64,000 nucleotides of DNA, from positions 3,168,001-3,232,000 of the forward strand of contig OY781964.1 in assembly GCA_963677485.1 (NCBI GenBank). Direction: 5' to 3'. The notes beneath the pieces were generated by a model that did no database searches, was not told the DNA's origin, and worked only from the letters and a program-made list of their open reading frames with translations. Shown here one piece after another: positions 20,843-29,540 of the stretch (positions within the stretch are counted from its first letter, which is position 1; each line of letters opens with the position of its first letter). The DNA is from Armatimonadota bacterium (GTDB lineage: Bacteria > Armatimonadota > HRBIN16). A program made the translations under genes and the position numbers.

Positions 20843-21400
20843 ATGACCACACGAGACATACAGATCAGCATCAAACAGGGAGCCGCAGAGTTGCACCAAC
20901 ACGAGCACACGGAAGAGGCGATCGTTGAGAACCTCTACGACGAGTATGCACATATGCTGTTTCGGTATGCGGTGACGCTGCTCGGAAATCCAGATGATGC
21001 TGAAGATGCGGTGCAGGAGGTGTTCACCCGGATCGCCCAACAGATCAACCGCGTTCGCAGGGTGGAAAACCCGAAACCCTATCTGTTCACCGCCACACGC
21101 AATGCCGCGTTCAGCCTGCTGCGCAGCCGGCAGCGCCAGACACTTTTAACCGAGGCCATCTGCGCCGATCTGCTCACATCTCCAATTACTAATACCAACC
21201 CCGATTCGCTGCTGGTCTGCCAGACGTTCACTGAACTCCCGGTGGAACAACGTGAGGTTCTGGTGCTGAAGGTGTTTGAGGAGATGACATTCAAACAGAT
21301 TGCGGATGTGGTGGGCAGCTCCCTGAACACGGTGGCCAGCCGATACCGATACGCCATCGACAAACTCCGGCAATCTATGGAGGCAGACGGTCATGGATGA
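20843..21400 (+). CDS. ECF RNA polymerase sigma factor
   Basis: DAEDAVQEVF (region 2); LPVEQREVL...TFKQIA...TVASR (region 4). Confidence 0.95.
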   Translation: MTTRDIQISIKQGAAELHQHEHTEEAIVENLYDEYAHMLFRYAVTLLGNPDDAEDAVQEVFTRIAQQINRVRRVENPKPYLFTATRNAAFSLLRSRQRQTLLTEAICADLLTSPITNTNPDSLLVCQTFTELPVEQREVLVLKVFEEMTFKQIADVVGSSLNTVASRYRYAIDKLRQSMEADGHG

Positions 21401-21773
21401 TATGAACATCGAAGAACTGCTCCGGCAGTCGATCAAACCGGAAGAACCGGACGGTATGCGCGAACGGGTGCTTCGCAACGCATGCATGCACTTGGTGCGG
21501 AAACCGAGATGGCGCGCTCTATGCGGCTGGAAGCCTGCGTTGGTCATCCTTGCGCTGCTGGTGCTCACGCTGACCAGCCTGGATGAACACGCCCGCAGTG
21601 TGCGGCTTTCGGCGATCATCGGCGATAAGGCAGGCATCAGTGTGTATAACCAGTGCGACGCCAACTTTTATGGCTATCGACGCTACGTGATGGCGATGAA
21701 TGACGCCGTGGACTTCAACAACTGGACATTCGAATCAATGGAGGCGAAGCTTGATGACCCCTGCAGCAACTGA
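21393..21773 (+). CDS. Putative single-TM anti-sigma factor
   Basis: Overlaps the sigma stop codon; short N-terminal helical region and one TM helix. Confidence 0.6.
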   Translation: MDDMNIEELLRQSIKPEEPDGMRERVLRNACMHLVRKPRWRALCGWKPALVILALLVLTLTSLDEHARSVRLSAIIGDKAGISVYNQCDANFYGYRRYVMAMNDAVDFNNWTFESMEAKLDDPCSN

Positions 21774-23187
21774 CATCAAACCCCGCGCGAGCAGGTTCTC
21801 TCGCTTCGCCAGACGCACATGGAAGCCGCTACTCGTCGTCATTGTGGTGCTGGCAACCATACACGGCATCGCCACAATGATCCTGGGACGGCGGTTTGAG
21901 GCGGATGTCCGTGCCTTGAAAGCAAAAGGGCAGCCGGTGACCATGGCGGAGCTCCTCCCTCAGCCAGTTCCAGACTACCTAAATGGTGCAGTTGTCTATG
22001 CTAGAGCGTTCGCGCTTTGTGCAAATCCTCCTTTGTCGCGGATTGAAAATGATGTGTATTATCAGCTCAGAAAAGTTAGATCACCTCGATTATCGGAACA
22101 GCAGAAATTGGCAGAATGGTCTAAAGCGATCAGAGCCGCCAAACTGTATGGAGAAGTCGTCCGGTTAACACAAGCAGCGCAAACTAAGCCGAAGTGTGTA
22201 TTTCCTGCGCACTTGAGTAGGTTCGGTGGCATCTCGCGTCCGCACTACTCGCAAGTTCGGGTGTTAACGAAAGCGATGGCCTCGCTTGCTATGGTGGACG
22301 CTCACGAGGGAAGACGGGATGATGCATTTAAGAAGTTAAGCATGGCATTTAAGGTCTCTAGTGCTTTGGATAATGAGCCGTCGATTTTAAGCACGATCGT
22401 GCGAATCAGCTGTTGTGACTTGGTCAATCGCCCAATCAGATCGGTGCTTAAATACGTGCAACCTAGTGATGCACAGGTAACACAGCTCAATAACATGCTG
22501 TCAGCTACCGACTTCCAGGATGAATGGGCGAGGTCGTATCGGTGCTTGACGGTAGAGCAACTAGGGTTGATTGACAATGTGATGCGCAGGGGATCATCAG
22601 GTTTCCGCAGTGTTTATTATTTTTACTTTTTGTCCGCCGAAGGGTCATTGATTTCTGGCCCTTCTTGGAAGGCGGCTGCTAAGAATTATGCAGCGAGCAT
22701 CATCTGGCGTCCTTTTACATACGCAGATGGGCACTATTATCTGCGAGCCATGGATGACTTCATGACTATCTCTAAACAGCCTTACTGGGTGATGACACAT
22801 TCAGAACAAGGCATATCGAGAATTGTAAACCGATTACCTAGGTATGCTCTCACCGCACGAGAAGCCGGAAGCACGTTCGTGTTGGGTGTCGAGAAGGCAG
22901 CTACACTCAGAGCAGAAACCGCCTTGACCCAGATACTGCTGGCTGCCAAGCAGTACAAAGCCCGCACCGGTCAGTATCCCGAATCGATGGCCCAGGTGCG
23001 ATCGGTGGGCTTGGCCGGTATCCCGATGGACCCGTTTAGCGGGAAGGAGTTCGGCTACCGCCGTACACCCAAAGGCTTCCTGGCCTACAGCATTGGTAAA
23101 GACCTCAAGGACGATGGTGGCAGACCGGTGAGGACCGGGAAGGACTACGATAAGGGCGGCGACATCGTGTTGGATTGGGAACAATAG
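21754..23187 (+). CDS. Membrane-anchored helical protein with GspG-like C-terminus (paralogue 1)
   Basis: N-terminal TM; C-terminal YPES...DPFSGK.F.Y....GF.AYSIG.D.KDDGG; GGAGG RBS. Confidence 0.7.
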   Translation: MTPAATDIKPRASRFSRFARRTWKPLLVVIVVLATIHGIATMILGRRFEADVRALKAKGQPVTMAELLPQPVPDYLNGAVVYARAFALCANPPLSRIENDVYYQLRKVRSPRLSEQQKLAEWSKAIRAAKLYGEVVRLTQAAQTKPKCVFPAHLSRFGGISRPHYSQVRVLTKAMASLAMVDAHEGRRDDAFKKLSMAFKVSSALDNEPSILSTIVRISCCDLVNRPIRSVLKYVQPSDAQVTQLNNMLSATDFQDEWARSYRCLTVEQLGLIDNVMRRGSSGFRSVYYFYFLSAEGSLISGPSWKAAAKNYAASIIWRPFTYADGHYYLRAMDDFMTISKQPYWVMTHSEQGISRIVNRLPRYALTAREAGSTFVLGVEKAATLRAETALTQILLAAKQYKARTGQYPESMAQVRSVGLAGIPMDPFSGKEFGYRRTPKGFLAYSIGKDLKDDGGRPVRTGKDYDKGGDIVLDWEQ

Positions 23188-23215
23188 GAAGTTGATCCGA
23201 AGGAGGATAAATCAG

Positions 23216-24628
23216 ATGACCCCTGCACAAACTGAAATCAACACCCGCGAGAGCAGGTTCTCTCGCTTCGTCAGACGCACATGGAAGCCGTTACTCGTCG
23301 TCATTGTGGTGCTGGTGGTTATCCACGGCATTGCCACAATGATTCTGGGGCGGCGGTTTGAAGCCGAGGTGCGGACCCTGAAAGCACAAGGTGAGCCGGT
23401 TTCGACAGCCGAGTTAGGTGGGCCGAAGGTGCCGGACGACCAAAACGCGGCGGTGGTCTACGCCAAGGTGTTTTATTTGCTAAAAGAGAAAGAAACACGC
23501 GAATCCTCTGCTACGATGGAAAATCTGTTGAAGTCTGTGGGAGCGATCCCGTCGAAGAAGAAAATCGATGTGGTGTGGACTGATGTAAACACAGCAGCCC
23601 AGGTATATAGGCAGGTTGTTCCCGTGGTTCAGGAAGCGCTCTCTCGTCCAAAGTGCCAATTTCCGGTGAATTGGCAAAGTGGTCCTGAGGCCACATTCCC
23701 ACACTATGCTTACTTCCGTAACCTTACACGGATGCTGTCAGCATTGGCTGTTGTTGACGCTCACGACGGCAAGCTTGACGATGCTTACACGAAGATCGAG
23801 CTGGCATTCCAAGTAGCGAAAGCAGCCAAGGATGAACCGATCTTGATCAGCGCATTGGTCACCATCTCATGCACCCAAACGGCAAATGGTGCTCTGCAGG
23901 CGGTACTGAAATATGGGCAACCCAGCAGTTTGGAGGCTCTGAAGCTGAACAATATGCTGTCGGATACGGACTTCAGGCGGGAATGGGCGAACGGCATCAA
24001 GGGTGAACGAGCCATGGGCCTGTGGATGTTTAACTACCTGCTTCAGCGTGGTGCTGCGGGATATGGCTCATTAATGCACCAAATGGATGGTCGTGAGGAG
24101 CCTTCAGCCGCTCAGCGAGTGCTGTTGCAGACGGTCAGCGCCTTGTGGCGACCCATGATCTATGCAGATGCAGGATACTACTTGCGATATATGGCCGCCA
24201 ATGTGGCATCGTCCGAAAAGCCCTATCGTACTGTCACCCTACAAGAGAAGAACACGGAGGGGATGTTGGCCAAACTACCCCGATATGCCATACTGACTCG
24301 CACATTGGCACCCATATTCACACAAGGTAGTGCCAAAGTGGATGAGGCTCGTGCTAACACTGGGCTGACTCAGCTCCTTCTGGCTGCTCTGCAGTATAAA
24401 TCGCATAATGGAGCCTATCCTGAGACGGTTTCGCAGTTGCGGTCGACGTCATCATGGGATATCCCTATGGACCCGTTCAGCGGCAAAGAGTTCGTCTACA
24501 AGCGCACATCCAAGGGCTTCGTGGCTTACAGCATCGGTACCGACCTGAAGGACGACGGCGGCAGACCGGTGAAGACCGGGAAGGACTACGATAAGGGCGG
24601 CGACATTGTGCTGGATTGGGAGCGGTAG
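23216..24628 (+). CDS. Membrane-anchored helical protein with GspG-like C-terminus (paralogue 2)
   Basis: AAGGAGG RBS; termini nearly identical to the upstream paralogue. Confidence 0.7.
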   Translation: MTPAQTEINTRESRFSRFVRRTWKPLLVVIVVLVVIHGIATMILGRRFEAEVRTLKAQGEPVSTAELGGPKVPDDQNAAVVYAKVFYLLKEKETRESSATMENLLKSVGAIPSKKKIDVVWTDVNTAAQVYRQVVPVVQEALSRPKCQFPVNWQSGPEATFPHYAYFRNLTRMLSALAVVDAHDGKLDDAYTKIELAFQVAKAAKDEPILISALVTISCTQTANGALQAVLKYGQPSSLEALKLNNMLSDTDFRREWANGIKGERAMGLWMFNYLLQRGAAGYGSLMHQMDGREEPSAAQRVLLQTVSALWRPMIYADAGYYLRYMAANVASSEKPYRTVTLQEKNTEGMLAKLPRYAILTRTLAPIFTQGSAKVDEARANTGLTQLLLAALQYKSHNGAYPETVSQLRSTSSWDIPMDPFSGKEFVYKRTSKGFVAYSIGTDLKDDGGRPVKTGKDYDKGGDIVLDWER

Positions 24629-24674
24629 GTGATTTCCAAATCGAGCTTCCATGGGTGAAAGGAAGGAGATACTG

Positions 24675-25112
24675 ATGAAGAAACATTTTTCATACGACCC
24701 AATAAAATACATGGCAGGACTGCTTCTCGCATGGCTACTATCGGTGGCAATATCATTACTGAGCACCTATTTTGATGGTAGTCTGATCACATCCAAGCGT
24801 ATAGGCTTTATGTTGGGTTTGGCATTTATCTGCGTTGTCCCCATTCTGGTCTGGTGTTCTCTTGTACGGCGGTACTGGATGCCATTATCGATCATGGTCA
24901 GTATTGTGATGGCATATTCACTATTTGTCGTGTTGGTATGGATGCCAAAACCAGCAGGCATTTCAGTCCTACAGCATGTATGGAATTCCATGAGTTCGTT
25001 TGTGGGAACAGTCATCGTCTATGTGATACCAGCTGCATTTTTCCAGCAATACTGCATATGGGTATGCAACGTCCGTTCAGATGAGTTGAATAGCGGTGGT
25101 AGTGATGGGTAG
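24675..25112 (+). CDS. Small 4-TM membrane protein
   Basis: AAGGAG RBS; four hydrophobic segments; AT-richer than the flanks. Confidence 0.65.
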   Translation: MKKHFSYDPIKYMAGLLLAWLLSVAISLLSTYFDGSLITSKRIGFMLGLAFICVVPILVWCSLVRRYWMPLSIMVSIVMAYSLFVVLVWMPKPAGISVLQHVWNSMSSFVGTVIVYVIPAAFFQQYCIWVCNVRSDELNSGGSDG

Positions 25113-25749
25113 TCACAGGGGCTTCACCATAATAGAGCTGTTGGTCGTCATCGGCATTATTGCTATTCTTGCCGTGATTATGTACCCAGTGTTTGCATCA
25201 GGTCGCAAAAGAGCCAATCAGGCCACATGCCTATCCAACTTGCATCAGTGTGCCGTGGCACTCCGCATATATATGGACGACTACGAGACGCATGTGCCAC
25301 CCGATGATGCTGTAGCATGCGATTTACTTAAGAAAATGCCGACCTGTTGTCCAAGCGACAAGGAATGGACAAATGGTTGTACTCAACCATTTGGTTTACC
25401 ACTCATCGGCTCATATGCCTATACACGGTCGGTGCCAGTTTGGATAGATGCACCATATGATCAGGTTCAACCATTCTACGAGTGTGAATGCCAAGCTTTC
25501 CTGGCCGATATTTTTCATGGCAGTGAAGGGGTGCCGGCTCCGCTGCATACCGAGGATCCGATGGAATACTACAGGAACCAAATGAAGCTAGGGGTTCCTT
25601 CGTGGAGATGTAGTATCCCTGACAAAACAATATTTGCATTTGCGGATGGGCACGCTGCTGTCACTAACCATGATGCTCCATCGGCAGATGGCAAACGAAG
25701 AACAATATTGTGCTGGGGCTCGGTTCTGGGTGTGCCGGATGCCAAGTGA
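25105..25749 (+). CDS. Prepilin-type N-terminal cleavage/methylation protein (DUF1559/H-X9-DG-like)
   Basis: RGFTIIELLVVIGIIAILA..YPVF..A....CLSNL.Q and C-terminal FADGHA. Confidence 0.9.
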   Translation: MGSHRGFTIIELLVVIGIIAILAVIMYPVFASGRKRANQATCLSNLHQCAVALRIYMDDYETHVPPDDAVACDLLKKMPTCCPSDKEWTNGCTQPFGLPLIGSYAYTRSVPVWIDAPYDQVQPFYECECQAFLADIFHGSEGVPAPLHTEDPMEYYRNQMKLGVPSWRCSIPDKTIFAFADGHAAVTNHDAPSADGKRRTILCWGSVLGVPDAK

Positions 25750-25872
25750 TTACCGCCGGTAGCCCAGGATAGACCGCCCGAGGGGTTGTCTGAACCTCGG
25801 ATTATGCGGATGAGGGGATGGCGGGATCTCATCACTTCGCGTCTTCGCGTGAGCCATTCATTAAGTAAAATA

Positions 25873-25900
25873 CCAAGGGCACGGATTGCCGTGCCCTTGG
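25873..25900. terminator. Perfect 12-bp hairpin downstream of the FGE-domain gene
   Basis: ccaagggcacgg-attg-ccgtgcccttgg, followed by tatttt on the minus strand. Confidence 0.6.
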
Positions 25901-25925
25901 CTGTGTGCATTCCGTGACTATCACA

Positions 25926-27137
25926 TTATGGTGTCTTAGCGCAGCGGAACCCGAATGAGTCATATCTGTAGTCAGGACCGTAGTAGTTCCGGTAGTCAAG
26001 ACTGAAGGCGTAGGCAAAGTCGAACAGCCACGACCCACCGCGCAGGATACGGCTATCGCCGGACGCTGGTCCGGTTGGATTGGTGGCAGGTGCTGTGGCA
26101 TAATACGCCGAATCATACCAGTCGGCGCACCACTCATATGCGTTGCCGGTCATATCCATGCAGCCATATGGGCTGATCCCAGATGGATAACTGCCCACCG
26201 GCATTGTGGTGGTGCTGTTAGAGGGGTTGGCACATTTCGTCGAATCCCACACGTTCCCCCATGGGTATAATCGGGCATCTGTTCCGCGGGCAGCCTTTTC
26301 CCACTCCGCTTCGGAGGGTAACCGTCCGCCAGCCCATGCGCAGTAGGCCGCGGCATCAGCCCAGGTCACATTGACCATCGGGTGGCTGTCGATCCAACCC
26401 CAGGATGGCGGATCGGGCATCAGTCGGCTTGTGTCCGTGCAAAACTTGCGGTATTGGGTCACAGTCACTTCGTATTTATAGATCCAGTAGCTGCTCAGGG
26501 TGACCTTACGCTGAGGTCTGGCGTCGCTTAACAGGTAGGATGAATCGGTCGAGCCCATGGTAAAATCACCAGCTCCCACCAACACCATCTCAGCTTCGTC
26601 TTTCGGATTGACCATCGCGTAGGCTGAGGCGTCGCCCTGCGCACCAAAGTTGGTGTCTATCAGCACATAGTCAAACAGGTTCACCTTGCCATCGCCATCC
26701 AGGTCAGCCATGGCATCACTGCTGTTGAACCTGGAATCCAGCACGACGATATCGAACAGGTTCACGCTGTTTCCGCCGTCTGCATCGCCGTTAGCCAGGG
26801 CGGTTTGGACCGTGTTGGTCCCGTTGATGACAACGCCGCTGATCACCCGTCGCACCCAATGGCTGCCGGTCAGGCTCAGTGTGTAGGTGCCCGGGATAAT
26901 ATCGGTGAGGGTGGCCTTTCCGGTGTTATCCAGTGCCAGAACGCCGGCATAGGGTTGTGTGCCGCTCAGCATGTAGTTCAATTTGATCCCGCTCAGTGCG
27001 CCGCGGTAACCGGCACCCAGGTCTACGGTCACTTGCAGGGATGTGGTGGATGGTTCCGCCGATACAGGCATCGTGAAAGTCAAGCAAACAAGCATGGCAA
27101 GCCATACGTACGTGAATAGCGCGATCACTCGAGACAT
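25926..27137 (-). CDS. Secreted FGE-sulfatase (SUMF1/C-type-lectin fold) protein with dockerin-like Ca-binding domain
   Basis: FTMGS, YEVT..QY, RLPSEAEWEKAARG, DMTGNAYEW, RGGSW, GFRC; NGDADG..VNLFD / DLDGDGKVNLFD; AGGAG RBS before MSRV. Confidence 0.9.
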   Translation of the reverse strand: MSRVIALFTYVWLAMLVCLTFTMPVSAEPSTTSLQVTVDLGAGYRGALSGIKLNYMLSGTQPYAGVLALDNTGKATLTDIIPGTYTLSLTGSHWVRRVISGVVINGTNTVQTALANGDADGGNSVNLFDIVVLDSRFNSSDAMADLDGDGKVNLFDYVLIDTNFGAQGDASAYAMVNPKDEAEMVLVGAGDFTMGSTDSSYLLSDARPQRKVTLSSYWIYKYEVTVTQYRKFCTDTSRLMPDPPSWGWIDSHPMVNVTWADAAAYCAWAGGRLPSEAEWEKAARGTDARLYPWGNVWDSTKCANPSNSTTTMPVGSYPSGISPYGCMDMTGNAYEWCADWYDSAYYATAPATNPTGPASGDSRILRGGSWLFDFAYAFSLDYRNYYGPDYRYDSFGFRCAKTP

Positions 27138-27314
27138 GGGTCGGCTCCTCTGTGCGGTGCGATAGGGAGAACTATACTGAGGGGTGATGATGAAACCTTC
27201 ACTCTCGTTGGCTATATGTTCAATATGATTGTGTTGCTGATCATTACCGGCCCGCGTTCCGGCGGGCGTAGAGACGGCCATCCGCCTCTTCGATAGGGGC
27301 TGAACGGCCCCGGT

Positions 27315-27560
27315 TCGACGGGTTCCATCGCCCCAAGGGGCTCCATCACCCGTCGCTAATCAGATGGCTGTCCGCTAAAGCGGACGCATTACGGACAGCC
27401 TGCGCCCGCTTGCGGGCTGCGATTTATTAGACGCGCGGTGAGGGAACCCCGTTTACGGGGTGACTAAACCCGCGGCAGGGGGGCCACCAGTCACCAAGGT
27501 TCTCTACTGGCCGTTGGCGACGGGTTCCGTGGCCCGTCCGTGACTTCGTCCCGGTACGGG
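27315..27560 (-). repeat. Modular repeat family X, copy C (inverted)
   Basis: The reverse complement matches 15360-15630 in blocks; a partial copy D is at 27738-27810. Confidence 0.85.
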
Positions 27561-28050
27561 CACTGTCACCCGCCGCTGATCAATACCGGCCCGCGTTCCG
27601 GCGGGCGTTGGGAAAGGCAACCCTCCCCGGCGCCGGCCGGAGCGAAGCGACGCCGACCGTTAATGATCAGCCGCGCGGTGCAGGAACCCGCACTAGACGC
27701 AGTTCCCGGAGCGCCAGCTCCCGGAACGTAGTCGTGTGGGTGACTAAACCCGCGGCAGGGTGGGCCACCAGTCACCAAGGTTCACCGGTGGCCTTTGGCG
27801 ATGGGTTCGGCTCGGACACAGCCATGCATGTGATTTTTTGAATTATACCCTATCCAATTCGAGTTTGTGTGTCCTCTACGCAAAGACGCAGAAAAGGCAT
27901 CGGTCGTCCTTCAACCAGCCTGTACGCTGCATAAACGCGTGACACCACCTGCCGTGCTTTGCAGCCCGTATCCTCACAGTGATAAGCTATGAGTGAGTAC
28001 TTATATATGTATAACACGGGCCTGACCGCCTGTTGGAGGATACGAACCCG

Positions 28051-29388
28051 ATGCTACTGCTAGGAACCCAGCGAATAAACGAACTAGGCCACCTTGAAGT
28101 GGGCGGCTGCGATACCGTCGATTTGGCACAGAAATTCGGAACACCCCTTTATGTGCTGGATGAGGCCGATTTCCGTGGGAAAATGCGCGCTTACCGCACT
28201 GCCTTCGAGCAGCGGTACCCCCGCAACGAGATCGCATATGCCAGCAAGGCGCTGCTTTGCATGGCAGTGGCCCGCCTGGTCGTGGAGGAGGGCTTCCATA
28301 TGGACGTCGCCTCTGCCGGTGAGCTCTACACCGCCGTGAAAAGCGGATTCCCAGGCGACCGCCTGGTGCTTCATGGAAACAACAAGTCCCAATTGGAAGT
28401 CAGCATGGCTTTAGAGATGGGCGTCGGCCGTGTGGTAGTGGACAACCTCAATGAGCTGAACATGTTGGAGGCCGAGGCCGCCGCTAAGGGCACCGTGGCA
28501 CCGATCCTGCTGAGGGTGACCCCGGGCATCGACCCACACACCCACAAGTTCATCAGCACCGGTCAGGAAGACACGAAGTTTGGTCTGAACATCACCACCG
28601 GTGCCGCCATGGAGGGCATCAAAAAGGCCCTGGAGTTTGAGCACATCAAGCTGATAGGTGTTCACTGCCATGTGGGCTCGCAGTTGCTGGACACCGAGGC
28701 GCACGAAGGTGCCATCAACCGCATGATCGGCTTCATGGACGATGTGCGCACCCAAACCGGTGTGGTGCTGGATGAGCTGAATATCGGCGGCGGACTCGGC
28801 ATCCGTTACCTGGAGGAGCACAATCCGCCAAGTATCGAGGACTATGCGGAGGTTATCTGCAACACTCTGAAGGCGGCTCTGGACAGTCACAACTTCCCGT
28901 ATCCCAAGCTGCTGCAGGAGCCGGGCCGGAGCATCATCGGTGAGGCTGGTCTGACCCTCTACACCATCGGGGCTATCAAAGAGGTGCCGATTGCGGAAGA
29001 GCCGGGCATCAAAGTTTACGCCACTACGAACGGCGGCTTGAGCGACAACCCGCGGCCACAGCTTTACGATGCGGTCTACACCCCGCTTTTGGCCAACCGC
29101 ATGAATGAGCCGTACGACCAGCAGGTCACCATTGCGGGTAAGCACTGCGAGACCGACACACTGATCAACAATACGCTGCTGCCGAAGCCGAACACTGGTG
29201 ACATTCTAGCCGTGTTAAGCACAGGCGCCTACAACTTCGCCATGGCCAGCAACTACAACCGCTTCCGCCGTCCTGCGATGGTGCTGGTGAACGAAGGCCA
29301 TGCCGACATCATTGTGGAGCGCCAGAACCTGGATGACCTGCTGTGGCAGGACCGCATCCCGGAGCGTTTGAAGCCGAATTACGAGTAG
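28051..29388 (+). CDS. lysA: Diaminopimelate decarboxylase
   Basis: GTPLY, YASKA, HGNNK, KFG, HCHVGSQ, GGG, EPGRS, CETD, GAY, SNYN. Confidence 0.97.
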   Translation: MLLLGTQRINELGHLEVGGCDTVDLAQKFGTPLYVLDEADFRGKMRAYRTAFEQRYPRNEIAYASKALLCMAVARLVVEEGFHMDVASAGELYTAVKSGFPGDRLVLHGNNKSQLEVSMALEMGVGRVVVDNLNELNMLEAEAAAKGTVAPILLRVTPGIDPHTHKFISTGQEDTKFGLNITTGAAMEGIKKALEFEHIKLIGVHCHVGSQLLDTEAHEGAINRMIGFMDDVRTQTGVVLDELNIGGGLGIRYLEEHNPPSIEDYAEVICNTLKAALDSHNFPYPKLLQEPGRSIIGEAGLTLYTIGAIKEVPIAEEPGIKVYATTNGGLSDNPRPQLYDAVYTPLLANRMNEPYDQQVTIAGKHCETDTLINNTLLPKPNTGDILAVLSTGAYNFAMASNYNRFRRPAMVLVNEGHADIIVERQNLDDLLWQDRIPERLKPNYE

Positions 29389-29456
29389 GGGCGAGGCGTG
29401 CCTCGCCCTTGGGGCACGACTCGACGGGAATAAGGCGCGGTTTCCGCGCCTTATTC
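29385..29456. repeat. GTAG-REP overlapping the lysA stop, plus a second hairpin
   Basis: gtaggggcgagg-cgtg-cctcgccc; gaataaggcgcgg-ttt-ccgcgccttattc. Confidence 0.6.
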
Positions 29457-29540
29457 AGTTTTTATCTCCGTCATATCTCGGTAATCAACAGGGCAGCTCA
29501 TCGTACTCACATAGACTGGGCTCCAGAAGGACGGTATGGT

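Noticed and set aside
27815-28050. Lysine riboswitch before lysA, or T-box before thrS (59490-59930)
   Set aside because: No recognisable consensus elements; these leaders are occupied by repeat families.
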